58,165 bases of DNA, filler included, from Basidiobolus ranarum (GCA_040143965.1; 3 parts of 3 records of this genome joined end to end with filler, not necessarily neighbours in it), one strand, 5' to 3'; shown: positions 1 to 12,681, counted from the whole stretch's first letter. A program made the numbers and translations. The notes: generated from the letters alone by a model not told the origin.

Positions 1-1352
1 CCGTCTACTCCTTCGCGATGATCGAGGTCAATTTTTAAGATCCGGTCAAATAAGGTGACTTTGTTTTTGGTTGAATTCGATACACCATAAATGTATCGAT
101 ATGGTTTCATAAAATGATGAGGGCTGTAAGTAGCTAATTCAATGTCTAGAGAGTCGGGGGCCTTGAAGAGCATCGTAGCAGGGACTTTCTCTAAAGGGTT
201 TTGAGTACTTGGAGAATTTAATTGGAGTCGATACACCGCTGCGGGATACTTCTTCTCCATTGGATTATAGTTTTGCAGATTTTTCAAATACAGTTGAGAT
301 ATAAAAGCATTACTTTCATAAGCTGAAAAATCCATGATGACATTCCCTTCTGAATCTTCCCATGAGTTGAGGGAATGAAAGCAGAATAATGGCTTGAAAG
401 TATAAGTAGCTACATGCTCTCTCTTGTTACGCTCTACAACATAGATAGTAGTCTCCGAGGTAGGATCCCATGGGCTAAATGCGGATACGAGATTACGTTT
501 GAGGAGAATATTCAGGCCATCCAAACTATAGTGACATGGCCATACTGCTAGAATTACATAGTTTTTGGTGATGAAGAAGCTATGAATATAAGCAGGCTTA
601 TGATTAAGTGAAGCAAGGACTGTTACTTCCGGCTCACTATCTTGGTCAGACGAGGGCTTGATACTAAACATGTGGTACGTTGATTGCTTGCCAAACTCAA
701 GTGTGAACCCAAATGTTTCCTGAGTATCTGGATCAAACTTGGTATGAGCTGGTGCTGATACACCTTGCAGTTTTTCACTAATTTTGGTATAGTTCAGAGC
801 AGCCAATGGCTCTAGGGTAACAGGATCCAAGGACTGCAGAGAATTCGCGTCGGTTTTAGCTACCAAGTTCTGTATTGGCCCATCATTGGAATTTTTGACT
901 CCAGGAAAATTGAGAGATAATGTAACAGAAACATTGACTTCATCGGGCTTCGAAGGTTCATGGGTGAGAAACCCTGTTATTTCTTTGAACACCGTGAAAT
1001 ATTTCTCAAATATTGATTGACAAGGATCTTGTCCAAATGTTATCTCATCTCTTGCCAATCCTTGACGAATTTTGTCCTCGTACCCTTTAGCAGTATTACG
1101 GTTCCTATAAGTGACACCAGATGCACGAATCTCAAAGCGGTGAATCTGTGAAAGGCCATCAAACCAGTGCTGAATAGAAAATGGTTTTTCCTGCCCTTCC
1201 ACTGGAATCTCGTACGTTCCAGGTCCTGCACGATACAGAACACCATTCAGCCATGGTGGTAACTCTCCAGTCACCTCAAGTTCAACAGGCTCTAGAACCT
1301 CGGGACAATTCTGAAGACCCTGTTGATACATAAACTCGGAGTCAAGAGGCAT
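1..1352 (-). CDS. Carotenoid cleavage oxygenase (RPE65/CCD family), 3'-truncated by the contig edge
   Basis: Hand translation from ATG at 1352: MPLDSEF..ELEVTGELPPWLNGVLYRAGPG..QHWFDGLSQIHRFEI..TFGQDPCQSIF..KTDAN..PAHTKFD..PAYIHSFFITKNY..CFHSLNSWED. Three of the four iron-binding His are visible. No stop before position 1, which is why the ORF track misses it. Confidence 0.93.
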   Translation of the reverse strand, partial: MPLDSEFMYQQGLQNCPEVLEPVELEVTGELPPWLNGVLYRAGPGTYEIPVEGQEKPFSIQHWFDGLSQIHRFEIRASGVTYRNRNTAKGYEDKIRQGLARDEITFGQDPCQSIFEKYFTVFKEITGFLTHEPSKPDEVNVSVTLSLNFPGVKNSNDGPIQNLVAKTDANSLQSLDPVTLEPLAALNYTKISEKLQGVSAPAHTKFDPDTQETFGFTLEFGKQSTYHMFSIKPSSDQDSEPEVTVLASLNHKPAYIHSFFITKNYVILAVWPCHYSLDGLNILLKRNLVSAFSPWDPTSETTIYVVERNKREHVATYTFKPLFCFHSLNSWEDSEGNVIMDFSAYESNAFISQLYLKNLQNYNPMEKKYPAAVYRLQLNSPSTQNPLEKVPATMLFKAPDSLDIELATYSPHHFMKPYRYIYGVSNSTKNKVTLFDRILKIDLDHREGVD

Positions 1353-1953
1353 ATTGGAATGAAGGGTTGGTAATTGAGCTATTATTTGTCGGTACTAACT
1401 AGTTGGATAGATGGAATATATACAAAAAAATCGCATTCTCCCATGTGAATCTAACCCTGATAAAAATAGGATTACTTGAAATGAAACAAGTCCAAGATTA
1501 AAACTTACTAAGAGGAATCAGGCTATCGGCAACGTATGGCCTCTTCAAGCCAATGAAGTCCAGGCTTGATTGAGTATGTAACTGTCGATTTCTGCAAAAA
1601 GGTTTAATTAAGCATGTACTGGTGTGTAGCTCTATTGAGGCTTATTCGGAAGTCTCACCTAAATTATTGATGAATAGATATACCGACTGGTGGCATAAGG
1701 TATCAATCACACTAATGGGAAGTGGGTTTGGTCAGTGTAAATGCTCATTATATCCTTATCATACAATGTATAGATGGCAGCTCTTTGGCATTCATCTTTT
1801 ACGTTCTAAATTTCCGGCATTGCCCTAGTATACAATGGGAATAATGGGACCAAAATCATGGAAATAAAGCACTTGGTCCTAGCATTCAGCAAGGTGGTCT
1901 GCCTATATAAGCTCTAATGAATCGTACCATGCCTAAAAACAAACTCTTCAGCA

Positions 1954-2448
1954 ATGCCAAGCACTAAGTCATTTATTTGTGGAGGCATTATCCTGAGTAT
2001 TCTATCACGTACAGAAGGCCTTCCGCAGTATCGAGACACTAACGTAAGTGGACATCAAGGCTATGGCTCTATACGTGATTCATATAGGCATATTGTGGAT
2101 CTTGATCGCCCCGATCGTTATGAGAGTGAGCATGAATGGGTGGATCATAAGAAGTATGACCTCGACGATGAGTTATGGTTGGATGAGCTTCGATATAATG
2201 ATACACACAGTCACCCTGAAGAGTCTTATGCAGACACTCCGGATCATGACATTCATGTAAGCACCATTACTGAAGGACAACTTGATGAAGTATCTAGCCA
2301 ACTCGATGAGATTGATCGTCACACTCTGAATTCCGATGATGAGCATATTGAAATGGCTGTAGAGGCAGCGAGCTCACACGAAGACGTTTCATGTCTCAGA
2401 GCTGAGGGCTCTACTCACCTGATAGAGATGGAACTCTGCACTCCTTGA
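1954..2448 (+). CDS. Small putatively secreted Asp/Glu/His-rich hypothetical protein (164 aa)
   Basis: Hydrophobic N-terminus (FICGGIILSILS), strongly acidic and His-rich body, TATATAA about 45 nt upstream. No recognisable domain. Confidence 0.6.
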   Translation: MPSTKSFICGGIILSILSRTEGLPQYRDTNVSGHQGYGSIRDSYRHIVDLDRPDRYESEHEWVDHKKYDLDDELWLDELRYNDTHSHPEESYADTPDHDIHVSTITEGQLDEVSSQLDEIDRHTLNSDDEHIEMAVEAASSHEDVSCLRAEGSTHLIEMELCTP

Positions 2449-3173
2449 AGAGTTCTTGAAAATCTAGAAATACTGGTACTGAAATACTCATTATAATATA
2501 TAAAATATATGCTTTCTCGATACCCACTATTAAAGTAAAAACCTGGACACAATGAGTTGCAATTGCATCTTCTAATTGGCTCAGTGATTTCAAATACTCA
2601 AACCTTTGGCTTTTAGCTTAAGATAGTGGAACATGGTGATAGCATGTCTGCGGTTGATACGTTGGCCAATAACAATGCTGCCACAATACAGGCTTTGGAG
2701 GTATCAGATCTACTTGAAAACCCTCTCACTGATAATATCAACATTGCGGGGCCTCTTTTACTCCGCAGTTTTTCAGTCGAGTGAAGTATGGCTCGCCTGA
2801 TATTTCCTGTTGTTCATATCAAACATAGCATTGATGGGAATAGGAGTTACATCAAGCCCAAATCCACCGGTGGCTTGGCGATCAATTTCAGTTATCTGTA
2901 CCGCCCAATTGGCACTGCTATCATTTTCGACTCAGTTATCTCACATGTGACCAATGTTTCAAGGAAAAGAGAGAGGCTCGAGTTAATATTTGTAGTGCAC
3001 CAGGGAATAGGAACGAGCTAAACATTTATTGTCTTTTCTTGTCTTATCACTTTGTGATCATTGTTTGTCAATATAAATAAATAGGATTATAAAGAAATAT
3101 AAAGAATCATCTAATATTGAGAATACAATAATAATAAATTAAGAATAAAACCTGCAACAACAAAACCTACAAC

Positions 3174-4967
3174 CTATTCATAATCATAATCATAATCGTA
3201 CTCTTCATCGGAATATCCATCAGATTCACAATCATCCGAGTCATGCTCCTCGCTTTCACCATCTGAGTACTCAGGGTCCTCTTCTTCCTCTTCCATGTCC
3301 TCTTCGCAGTCCGAGCCAATTATGTCTCCTTTGCGACGATAAGTATAGTCTGTAGACCCTCTGTGATATTGGTGCCAATTCTGCCCAACCTTACTTTCTG
3401 CCATCCCCACTGCAGAGCCAAGAAAGTCTACTAGGTGAGGAATATACTTGCGTCTTTTTGCTTTGGGTACAGTATTTTTCCAGTAAACTTTATGAGGATT
3501 ACCTGGATATTTCCTTTGCAGTCTGTGCTGAACAGATGGACGAAGTTTCGGAAGATTTTCCAAATTACGATTAGGTGCTGGGAAATAGTTGGACTTGACT
3601 ACTAAATACGAAGGCTTTGAAGGCTTCCGTTGAGCCCCCTTTTCTACATTCCAGTTACTAGGACGGTGATATTTAATTTTACTATTGAACCTTTGTCTTC
3701 GGTTACCTCTTTTTGGCATTGGCCGGAATAATTTTGGCTGTCTCGGTTTGGGTTCGGTTCGAATCCACTTGCGCTGCCTGTTACCATTTGTAGTGATATT
3801 CATGTTAGGTGGTACTTCAACTACGTGTTTACAAGACAGCTGTTTTGGGTTTCTAGGATTTCGAATCCCTTGAATAGTCCTCTCACAATAATCAGAATCC
3901 GAAGTTACAACACATCCTGTACGAGGATCGCAATCGGCATTTACTGGACGCTCCCATATCCTATCATCAATATCCCCCAATCCCTCTTTTTCAAAACAGA
4001 AATTGCCCGCTTTCGTGCCATGACTGATTGTTTCTAGAGGATCCCCGTCATTTGGCATACATCTCGCGACGTTCGCCAAACCACTACGATTACATCTAAG
4101 ACCTGGATTTCCACCAGTAATTGACAGCAATGAGCAAGAATAGTATACTCTGGTTTCGGACGCCGATAACGCAACCCATTGCAATACGTATCTGTGAATG
4201 TGAATCTATTAGTATGATTGGAGATATTGGATTGAAGACGAAGAAAATCACGAATTCTCTAGAGGAATATCTAAAGCTAAAGTACCTTCCGTCTTTAAGA
4301 TTGGTTGGAATAGTAATGGTTGTATCATATCTTTCCGAGTCGTTTCTACTTGATTGATATTCACATCCTGGTCGTCCATTACACGGATGATGGCAATCAC
4401 CGTATCGAAATTTATCTGGACGTTCATCATGTCCGTAGCAGGTAAATTTCAAAACATGACTAGAGATGAATGAAACGGATAAGGAAAGGAAGTTCAATTT
4501 CAAGATATACTGTGATGAGTCTCAAACTTGCGATTCTTAAATACCTTTTGTATGCTTCTTCGTTATCAATTTGGGACTCAGGAACTAATGCTAGACGAAC
4601 GTATCCCCCGCCATGGTTATTACTCGGCTATCAGGAAAAATATTTTTTTAGTAATTGTTTCAAAGTATTATACTCCTTGATGAGATTATTTCTTACCCAT
4701 CCAACCTTAAGTCGTTCACCTGCTCGGAGGGGAGTTACCGGCCTTTTACCGCTTCTTACAGTCTCTATGGATCAGGGCAGTGTTGAGTTATCTTAGCCAT
4801 GGTTCAATAATAAGTCAGATGTACATACCACAAGGGCCTTCATCATAGTATCCCCTTTCTGGGTTTGGATCAAAAGATTGTGGGCAAGATAACCAGCTAT
4901 GGGCAATGGTAAATGAAAAAAGATGAAAAACTAGACATGCACCAAAAGTGAAAGCAATATATTTCAT
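3174..4967 (-). CDS. Secreted histidine-brace (LPMO-like) protein with Cys-rich module and long charged low-complexity tail; 5 exons, about 493 aa
   Basis: Exons 4967-4829, 4764-4697, 4627-4545, 4459-4286 and 4191-3174 join in frame through GT-AG introns (1482 nt): MKYIAFTFGACLVFHLFSFTIA|HSWLSCP..GPC..LRAGERLKVGWPSNNHGGGYVRLALVP..ITIPTNLKDGRYVLQW..VYYSCSLLSITGG. Confidence 0.8.
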
Positions 4968-5887
4968 TTGATGAAGGAATAAATTAAAGGATAATTTTTC
5001 TAAAATGAAATATTTGTGGTTCTACTTGACTCGATCAGAGCTTTAGGAGATGAAAGTATGGGCTTAGAAACCACGACTGAACGAACAATAGGTCCACAAT
5101 AGTGCTCAGTTTGTATATAGAAAATGGAGAAAAATCCAAGGTTAAAATGGTTACTTATATCATGGTCATCGCGTTATCCGGAGATATCCATTACAAAACT
5201 CTTACCGTCAAACGAACCAGAGAGTTTCGGAGTATTTTGATGAATCCCTACCGAATCATTCATACTTTGCATATAAGTATTCATGGAAGTAACCATCAGA
5301 ACGATTGGAAAACGGAAAGTTTCCGAATTTTAGCAACGTTTCGAAGGTGAACAATTCGAAGGATATTTTCAGTGACGAAATGTTGTCTCGAGTCCACACA
5401 TCCAATAGGAATCGCTTAAAATCATTACACGTTAATATTTCATGCTATCTTGAAAGAAATTAGAACCCTTGGAGGCATTTGATTTTCCATGCTTTACATT
5501 GTCGGATATCTGAAATGTTGGCATTCTTGTCATGCATTGAGGTTGAAATCCTGTCATGTAAATTACTTGACCAAAGCGGAAGTATTTATCACGACTTCAA
5601 TTTATCAGGAGGGTATTTGTTGGTTATTGGATGGTTCTTCGAGATTGACTGAAACTTACCTTCCATCTATCTAACAAGATACTCCTTGGAGTATGATCGC
5701 CTCTAGTAATTGTTTTTGCTAAAGCACTATCCTATCGTCAACATTCATCAAGTTGGATTTAAGATTGACCTCATTTGATGGCAAAACTGTGTAGCGCCCA
5801 AATTGGTGAGAAAAGAGTGTGACATGACAATGACGGAATTCAAAAAACTGGTTTATTCATTGAAATTTTGGGAATTAAATTTCATCG

Positions 5888-7545
5888 TTACAACGTAAAC
5901 CGGAAACTGGGATTATCAGCAATTTCTTCCACAATGATACCACGAGATTGCTCAGTGTTGAACTTTCGATTCTCTCGTTTAAATATTGTTCTTACTATTA
6001 AGGCCAATATTACCGCCATTGTTAGGAAGCCGACATTAATCATATGACTACGAAGGTATTGTGGTGCCTCTTCAACACGATAGAATTGCCCTGAAATGGC
6101 ACCTTAATTCGATGATTGGATTGTTAATTCTTGCCCCCAAGAGTATGAATGAAGTAACAGTACAAACCTCCGCAATTACCAAAAGCTATAACCATTCCTG
6201 ATGCTGTAGCGGATTTTGTAGAGCCTACAGAGTTGTTTGTGACCCACGAAAGTATCACTGGCACACATGCAAATACCCCCATTACAGTCACGCAAGCAGC
6301 AACATATCTCCCTTTAAGATCCTCAAGAGTGGCTAGGAGAATAAATCCTACAATACCCATGCAGCCTGAGGCCATTAGGTGAAAGCAACGTTCCTTAGTG
6401 CGGTCAGAATGGATCGAATAGCCTATGGAGAAAACGAATGCGAGGATGTAAGGTGGAGCAGTGAGGATCTGGGCTATCAGGTTTGTAAAACCAAGACCTC
6501 GAATAATTGTAGGTAACAAAAGAGCAAGTGAATAAACTGGTGTATTGATACCAATATATATGAACATGTATATCCATGTTTTGATATTCAGAACCGTAGC
6601 CAAAAATTGACCTTTGTCGAAAGCTTGATCTGCAGTGATTGGGGCTGCATTATCATAACGAAGTCTTGATTCCGCGAGCTCTCGTTCAGTTTCAGAAAGC
6701 CATGCAGATGACTGTGGGTCATCGGGGAGATAAAACCAAGTGATACATCCAATTATCACAGTTGGAATACCCTCAATGATAAAAATCCATTGCCATCCTT
6801 TGAGACCCCCTATCCCTGACATCTGACTAATAAAGAAGGCCAGTACACCACCAAAAGCTCCTGCCAAAGATGCTGAAGCAAAAAACAATGCCACACGGGT
6901 ACACTGTTCATCGCGAGTATACCAAAATGTAAGATAAAATATAATTCCCGGGAATAAACTATAACACATGTTAGTATCCAAGTGGTTATCGCAGCAAAGT
7001 TCACACTTACCCTGCCTCTGCTACTCCCAAAAAAAATCTAGCTGTTAGAAGGCCAGCATAGTTGTTAACTCCAGCCATGGCTATGGTAACAGCACCCCAA
7101 GTCACCATTATACGAGCTATCCATCGAGAAGCCTTCCATTTTTTGAGCATCAGATTTGATGGCACCTCAAATATAACATAGCCTACGAATCATATACGTG
7201 TAAGTTGATAGGACAATTGGCAGTTTTACAAGTATCTATGTACCAAAAAAGAATATAGAGAGAGCCCAAGAATACTGTGAACTGTCGATGTTCAAATCCT
7301 TTTCCAAATTATCCAATCGCGCGTTACCTAGAGTGTATATTTCTGCTTAATAGATGTCTTGATCAATATAGGGATTCTCTCTTACCAATGTTAGCGCGGT
7401 CGATAAAAGCACATAGATACAATAAACTCACGAAAGGGATGATTCTCATGTCAAACTTTCTGCGGAGTTTTCTTTCAAGCTCGTCCCTACTCTCAGAGAC
7501 GGACTCTATTCGTACATCAGACTTCCCATTCAGATTCAGATTCAT
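5888..7545 (-). CDS. MFS transporter, anion:cation symporter (Dal5/Tna1-like) family; multi-exon
   Basis: RKFDMRIIPFVSLLYLCAFIDRANIGNARL, FEVPSNLMLKK, FPGIIFYLTFWYTRDE, LKGWQWIFIIEGIPT, C-terminal NPSFRFTL*. Canonical introns. Confidence 0.93.
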
Positions 7546-9857
7546 TTATAGCCACCTCCTAGAGATACGATTTTTAAGTAGTCCAAAAATGTCTACAGAT
7601 TCTGAGAATACAGAGCATACTTTTATACTTTCTACGTGAGATTCCTATCATCAACCATTGGACTATCTTGATTTAAAGCAAATTCCCAACCATTCAGCCA
7701 TTCATACGACGCCTCGCATGCAATGTCTCTATTAATATAATTGACCCAAGGATGTGTAGCTTTATTGATTTCCCCTTGATTTCAGGTAAGGGCTGCATTA
7801 GTCGGTTCGAAAGTAAACAAACTGCTAGGTTGCGTCGTCAACTACTTGATTAGGGAAACCGTGTGGAACAGATGCACACAGTTCTCATATGCTTCCAAAC
7901 AATGATTTTCGGATTGTAGTAAGATATGGGACAGTACCAGCATCACACCTGCTTCAATGAGAGCGTTCGGAATGATCTATTTAATACAAGCACCAACTGA
8001 TCAAATGAAAAGCCCCTTCAGTAGTGTAAATCTTCACAGCCACATACAAGAAAGTTCAAGTTTGATTGAGAAAAATGTAGATCCTGAAATGAACCAAGAA
8101 ACACTTTTCCTGATTTGAGATTGAGGCTTAGATATGAACATTTGCCATCGCGAAGCCAAGTTATCAAATGAAGAAATGACCAACGGCGATCATGCCTATT
8201 GTTAACTACGTGCATATGAGAATATGATACGATAAGAGAAAACAATCTGGTGCGTATTGTGATTGCTGATCTAATACTCATATCATGTCACTATCGCCTC
8301 AGTACTTTTGGTTGAGGAGATTATTCACCCTCATACCGTCAGTTCTTTCTGATGCTCATTCTAAATGTAACAAAGTGCATGGACGATGATAGGGAGTTTT
8401 CATCTATTAAGGCCTTCGGTGCTCCTCTACGGGGCTTTCAGCGATGTGGAAAACAAAATAAACACCTCCAAGGTTTTGGGTCGTATTGATCTTTTATAAT
8501 CAAGACATCTTTATAGCCTCAATTTGACATGAATCTATAATTCGCTTACCAGAGTATGAGCCATGAAGGCAATGCACATATGACCTCGAACAAGTAATGA
8601 TGTTAAATATCTTTACGCAAAAGCCGGCCTGTTCTCGCACTCCCAGAGATGATCATTCGACAAGGGGAAATAGCAGCTGCCCTCTAACGAAGATCCACAT
8701 CACCCTGCAAATGGCAGCTCCACCGAATCTCGATTATCTGTAATATCTAACCCACCAATTGGTTCATCGTATTAATAGTCAATTGATCTTACACAGATTC
8801 CCAGAACTCATATAATGAATGGGCTATTTTTAATTCAACCTCCACACCTATATTGCACTCCGACATCAGAAAATTACTATTAATGTAGCATTCTTGTAGA
8901 TTTCCAGATATCATTTCGGTGAAGCCCTATTCCAAATTACATTGAAATAGGCAAGCAATCCTGCGAAGGATATCTCAAGATACTGCTAGACTAGATAGAA
9001 TAGCGATGGGTGTATATTATTGTTCTTTGACGATTCGGTTTCTAAATATGTAGTAGATGTGTATTTATTACTCCCCTGGCAGTGATGAAAGCCTGTAAAA
9101 GGGAGGACTCTCCGTACGAATTTCAAAAATATCTCCGACCAAGGAGGGATTACATTTGTTACATTCAGCATCTAGAGACCCAACTTGGTACGTCTCCAGT
9201 GTCTACGCTTGGCATTGTATCTAATTTTGTTGTCAGTACGTAAGCGAATCCAATGAGGAATGGGTCTGTTTTGCTTCTGCTTCTTGCCAAGAATGCGCTT
9301 GATCTTAAAACTCTTTTGGGAGGGCTAAGGTGATTTAAAAGTAGACGTTTTTGTTCAATTAGTTCTTCAAGTTTGGAGAATCATCTTTGGATGGATAGGT
9401 AAAATATATGGATACATCGCGGAGAATATAAATTTCATAGTCTGCTTGAAAAGATTTACTTACCATTGAAAGGAAGTGCACTAACGAATTTGCCGGAAAG
9501 AAAGACGTGTATCGGGTGAACCTTGCATATAATAAAAATTGGAGAAGCACTTTTCTTAATCAAGGGTCTTTCTCGACTGCGGTAACCAATCAATCTACTC
9601 TTCCGCCGATGTGTTACATATCAGTTTATTCTAGAATATAATATATTCGTCCACCATTCAAAGAAATTCAGTTACTTTTTCCTACAGTCATCCGTGCCAA
9701 TGAAGAGGTCAGGCATTGTTTCATCAATTAATTATGTGTACCAACTATAAATAACTCACATATTTAACCTCTTGCAATTCAATATCTGTCAGCTCCATTT
9801 GACCAATACTAACAAATTATAGCTTTTATTTATAAACAATTAGGAAACAACAGCAAC

Positions 9858-10823
9858 CTAACCAAAGATTGGGCAATCAAAGTAAGCACCCGGGTTATTG
9901 AAGCGGATACCTTTATCGAGTTTCTTGATCTCATCCATATCTTCTTTACTTAATGTAAAATCAAGATCGATATTTTGTCTAAGGCGCTCTTCATTACCGG
10001 ATTTAGGGATAACAGCAATTTGACGTTCCAAGCTCCAGCGAAGTAGAACTTGGGCTGCAGTCTTCGAGTGTTTTTTGGCAATCTTGACAATGGTTTCATC
10101 TTCTAAGAGACTAGGAATGCTCTTGGCACCATCAAACAATGAGAGGTATGAGATAGATCCAAAGCTAGAATACGCAGTTATAGCGATGTCTTTTCTCTGA
10201 CAAAACTCAACCAGCACATCTTGGGCGAGATATGGATGAATTTCTACCTGGTTTACAGCTGGCTTAATGCGGGCATATTTAAGAAGGTCCATGATCAAAG
10301 AGCAATTGAAATTAGCTACACCGATATTTTTTACCAAACCAGCATCAACAAGCTCCTCCATAGCCTCCCAAGTCTCACGAATGCTAATATCAGCGTAGGT
10401 TGGGAGTTTGTCTGATTCAGGATTATAAAGCCATTCAGGTGGATAACGAGTTTCGAAGTCGACATATTTCAGAGAAATAGGGAAGTGAATCAAATAAAGA
10501 TCAAGGTACTCCAAATCAAGATCTTTTAGGGTTCTCTCCAAAGCGGGACGTACGTGTTCTCTGGCATGGAAAGTATTCCACAATTTTGAAGTGACGAAGA
10601 TGTCTTCGCGTTTAACTACGCCAGTATCAATTGCAGCCTTGATACCTTTTCCAACCTCAACTTCATTCCCATAGTCACAGGCACAATCAAGGAGGCGATA
10701 TCCGTTTTGAATGGAATTTTCGACAACCTTAGCGGTTTCGCTCTGGGGAATCTTCCATGTTCCCAAACCAACCAAGGGCATGGCTTGGTTTGTAGTCTTG
10801 AGAGTAACAGTTGCGGTTGTCAT
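9858..10823 (-). CDS. XYL1: NAD(P)H-dependent xylose/aldose reductase (aldo-keto reductase, AKR2-like)
   Basis: GYRLLDCACDYGNE, TSKLWNTFH, DLYLIHFPISLKYV, IPKS cofactor motif, RFNNP. Intronless, 321 aa. Confidence 0.9.
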   Translation of the reverse strand: MTTATVTLKTTNQAMPLVGLGTWKIPQSETAKVVENSIQNGYRLLDCACDYGNEVEVGKGIKAAIDTGVVKREDIFVTSKLWNTFHAREHVRPALERTLKDLDLEYLDLYLIHFPISLKYVDFETRYPPEWLYNPESDKLPTYADISIRETWEAMEELVDAGLVKNIGVANFNCSLIMDLLKYARIKPAVNQVEIHPYLAQDVLVEFCQRKDIAITAYSSFGSISYLSLFDGAKSIPSLLEDETIVKIAKKHSKTAAQVLLRWSLERQIAVIPKSGNEERLRQNIDLDFTLSKEDMDEIKKLDKGIRFNNPGAYFDCPIFG

Positions 10824-12237
10824 TGCTTAGTCGAGTTGAAGGTAAATGATGGATGAGGTATTCGTGGTTAAATACCAATTGGCAATCGGGCTTTGTTCTG
10901 GTAGTGAGCGTCATTAAAACAATGATCCAATGATTGTTCACTTCTGAAGACAAATATGGATTATCGAGCAGAGCTATGACTCGGTAGAGGTTATGAATCC
11001 ATTATTTTGTGCTACGTGTTTGCTCACTTCCCACGATTGTCCAAAAAGATCTCAAAAATGCAATTTGATTGTGTCGTTACATCTTTGTAATTCGCTTACT
11101 AATTACAGAATCCAGTAGATTCTATAACTATGGATGGCTAACGTATAGTTGTGCTTCATCGAAGCCTCTGACGCTTGGAGAAATTCTTTTAATAAGCCTT
11201 ATTAGAAAGTGATGATGCATTTTTGACAAAACAAAGTGTTTATGATTTTCAAGATACCAACAGAACACTGAACAAAATTATATGTTCATAATGATTCAAG
11301 TTACAAGCTGTGCTAGAATATAAGCTAGAAAATTTGATGCTACTCACAAAGAATACTGAGCACCTATTATGTGTGTTACAATAAGAGCAAAGCTGGAGTA
11401 TGGATGGTTGTGAGAAGAGATGGTGCTTCGATAATAGCTACCATTCAACGATTTATTTCCAGAGAATTTATACAACACACATGAACCTCGGTGATCTCAG
11501 AAACCTCTTGATGCTAATAAGATGCTTTGCCATAAAGTTATTAATTCACGTGCTTGCTACAAGAGCAATGCAAATATTAACCACAACGAACTTTCCATAT
11601 ATTTGATTACGTTGGTTAAGCGTGTTTGGATTCGAGAAGCATTATATTTGAGAATTATCTAGCAACTATTTAGCTTCAATACCAGCACTACATAGTATAG
11701 AGATACTAAAATCAATATATCTCTATAACGCTACCTTCGACCAATAGCTTCTTTTTCTTGACTTCGGGGGTACTTTATGATAGTTACATTTCTGTTTTTT
11801 CTTGTTATTTTCAATGGCCTTAGAATTCGACTGGATTGAATCCCCGTCTACAACGATAATATCGTTTTCTTCTTGAAAACGTTAAAAATACATATTGAGA
11901 TTTTACTACCTTTAATTTTTTGGTGATTTTGAAGATTGTAACGATCTTCGACGAATAAGTTTTCTCGGTTTTTGAAGAGGTATCCTAGTTTTTGACTGTC
12001 AACCTAGGGATTCATCTTTTGTTTTGCAGCTACAACTGTGAGATTAAACTTCGTAAACTTGTTGGCTATTTTGCAGTTTAAATACTAAACTTGATGTATA
12101 GTGAATTATGGAAACACTCCAATTATGGATATATTTCTGTGATCATTTTGAATAAATCAACCATCAAAAAAACTTTTACTATGAAAGGAGACATAACCTT
12201 CATCTTGACTTCATAGTCGCATTAAACTCTGGTTACT

Positions 12238-12681
12238 ATGTCCGCAAAGAAACCTGCCGCTACTGCTTTTCTTAGAATTTTGGTTCCAGCTGGTAAGGCT
12301 TCTCCTTCTCCCCCAGTTGGCCCAGCTCTTGGACAGCGTGGTATTAAATCTATGGATTTTTGTAAACAATTCAATGACCGTACCAAAGACATTGAGCCTG
12401 GAACCCCCATCCCTACTGTTATCACAGTTAAGCCAGATCGTACGTTCAGCTTCGTCACCAAGAGCCCTCCAACATCATGGCTTCTCAAACGCGCTGCTGG
12501 CGTTGAGAAGGGTAGTTCTCAGCCCGGCAGTCAAATTGTTGGTAAGATTTCACTAAAGCATGTTTACGAAATTGCTACACGCAAACACAAAGATGCCAAT
12601 TTGGCTCACCAAGAATTGAAGAACATTTGTGGATCCATTGTCGGTACCGCTAGATCGGTTGGTATTGAAGTCATCCCTTAA
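12238..12681 (+). CDS. MRPL19: Mitochondrial ribosomal protein uL11m
   Basis: VPAGKASPSPPVGPALGQRGIKSMDFCKQFN, KPDRTFSF, ISLKHVYEIA, GTARSVGIEV. Confidence 0.95.
   Translation: MSAKKPAATAFLRILVPAGKASPSPPVGPALGQRGIKSMDFCKQFNDRTKDIEPGTPIPTVITVKPDRTFSFVTKSPPTSWLLKRAAGVEKGSSQPGSQIVGKISLKHVYEIATRKHKDANLAHQELKNICGSIVGTARSVGIEVIP

Noticed and set aside
1040-1246. 68-aa minus-strand ORF
   Set aside because: Alternative frame inside the carotenoid oxygenase CDS.
12238-12681. Bacterial-looking intronless L11 as HGT or contamination
   Set aside because: Matches the nuclear-encoded mitochondrial uL11m pattern, sits among intron-rich genes and has no operon context.
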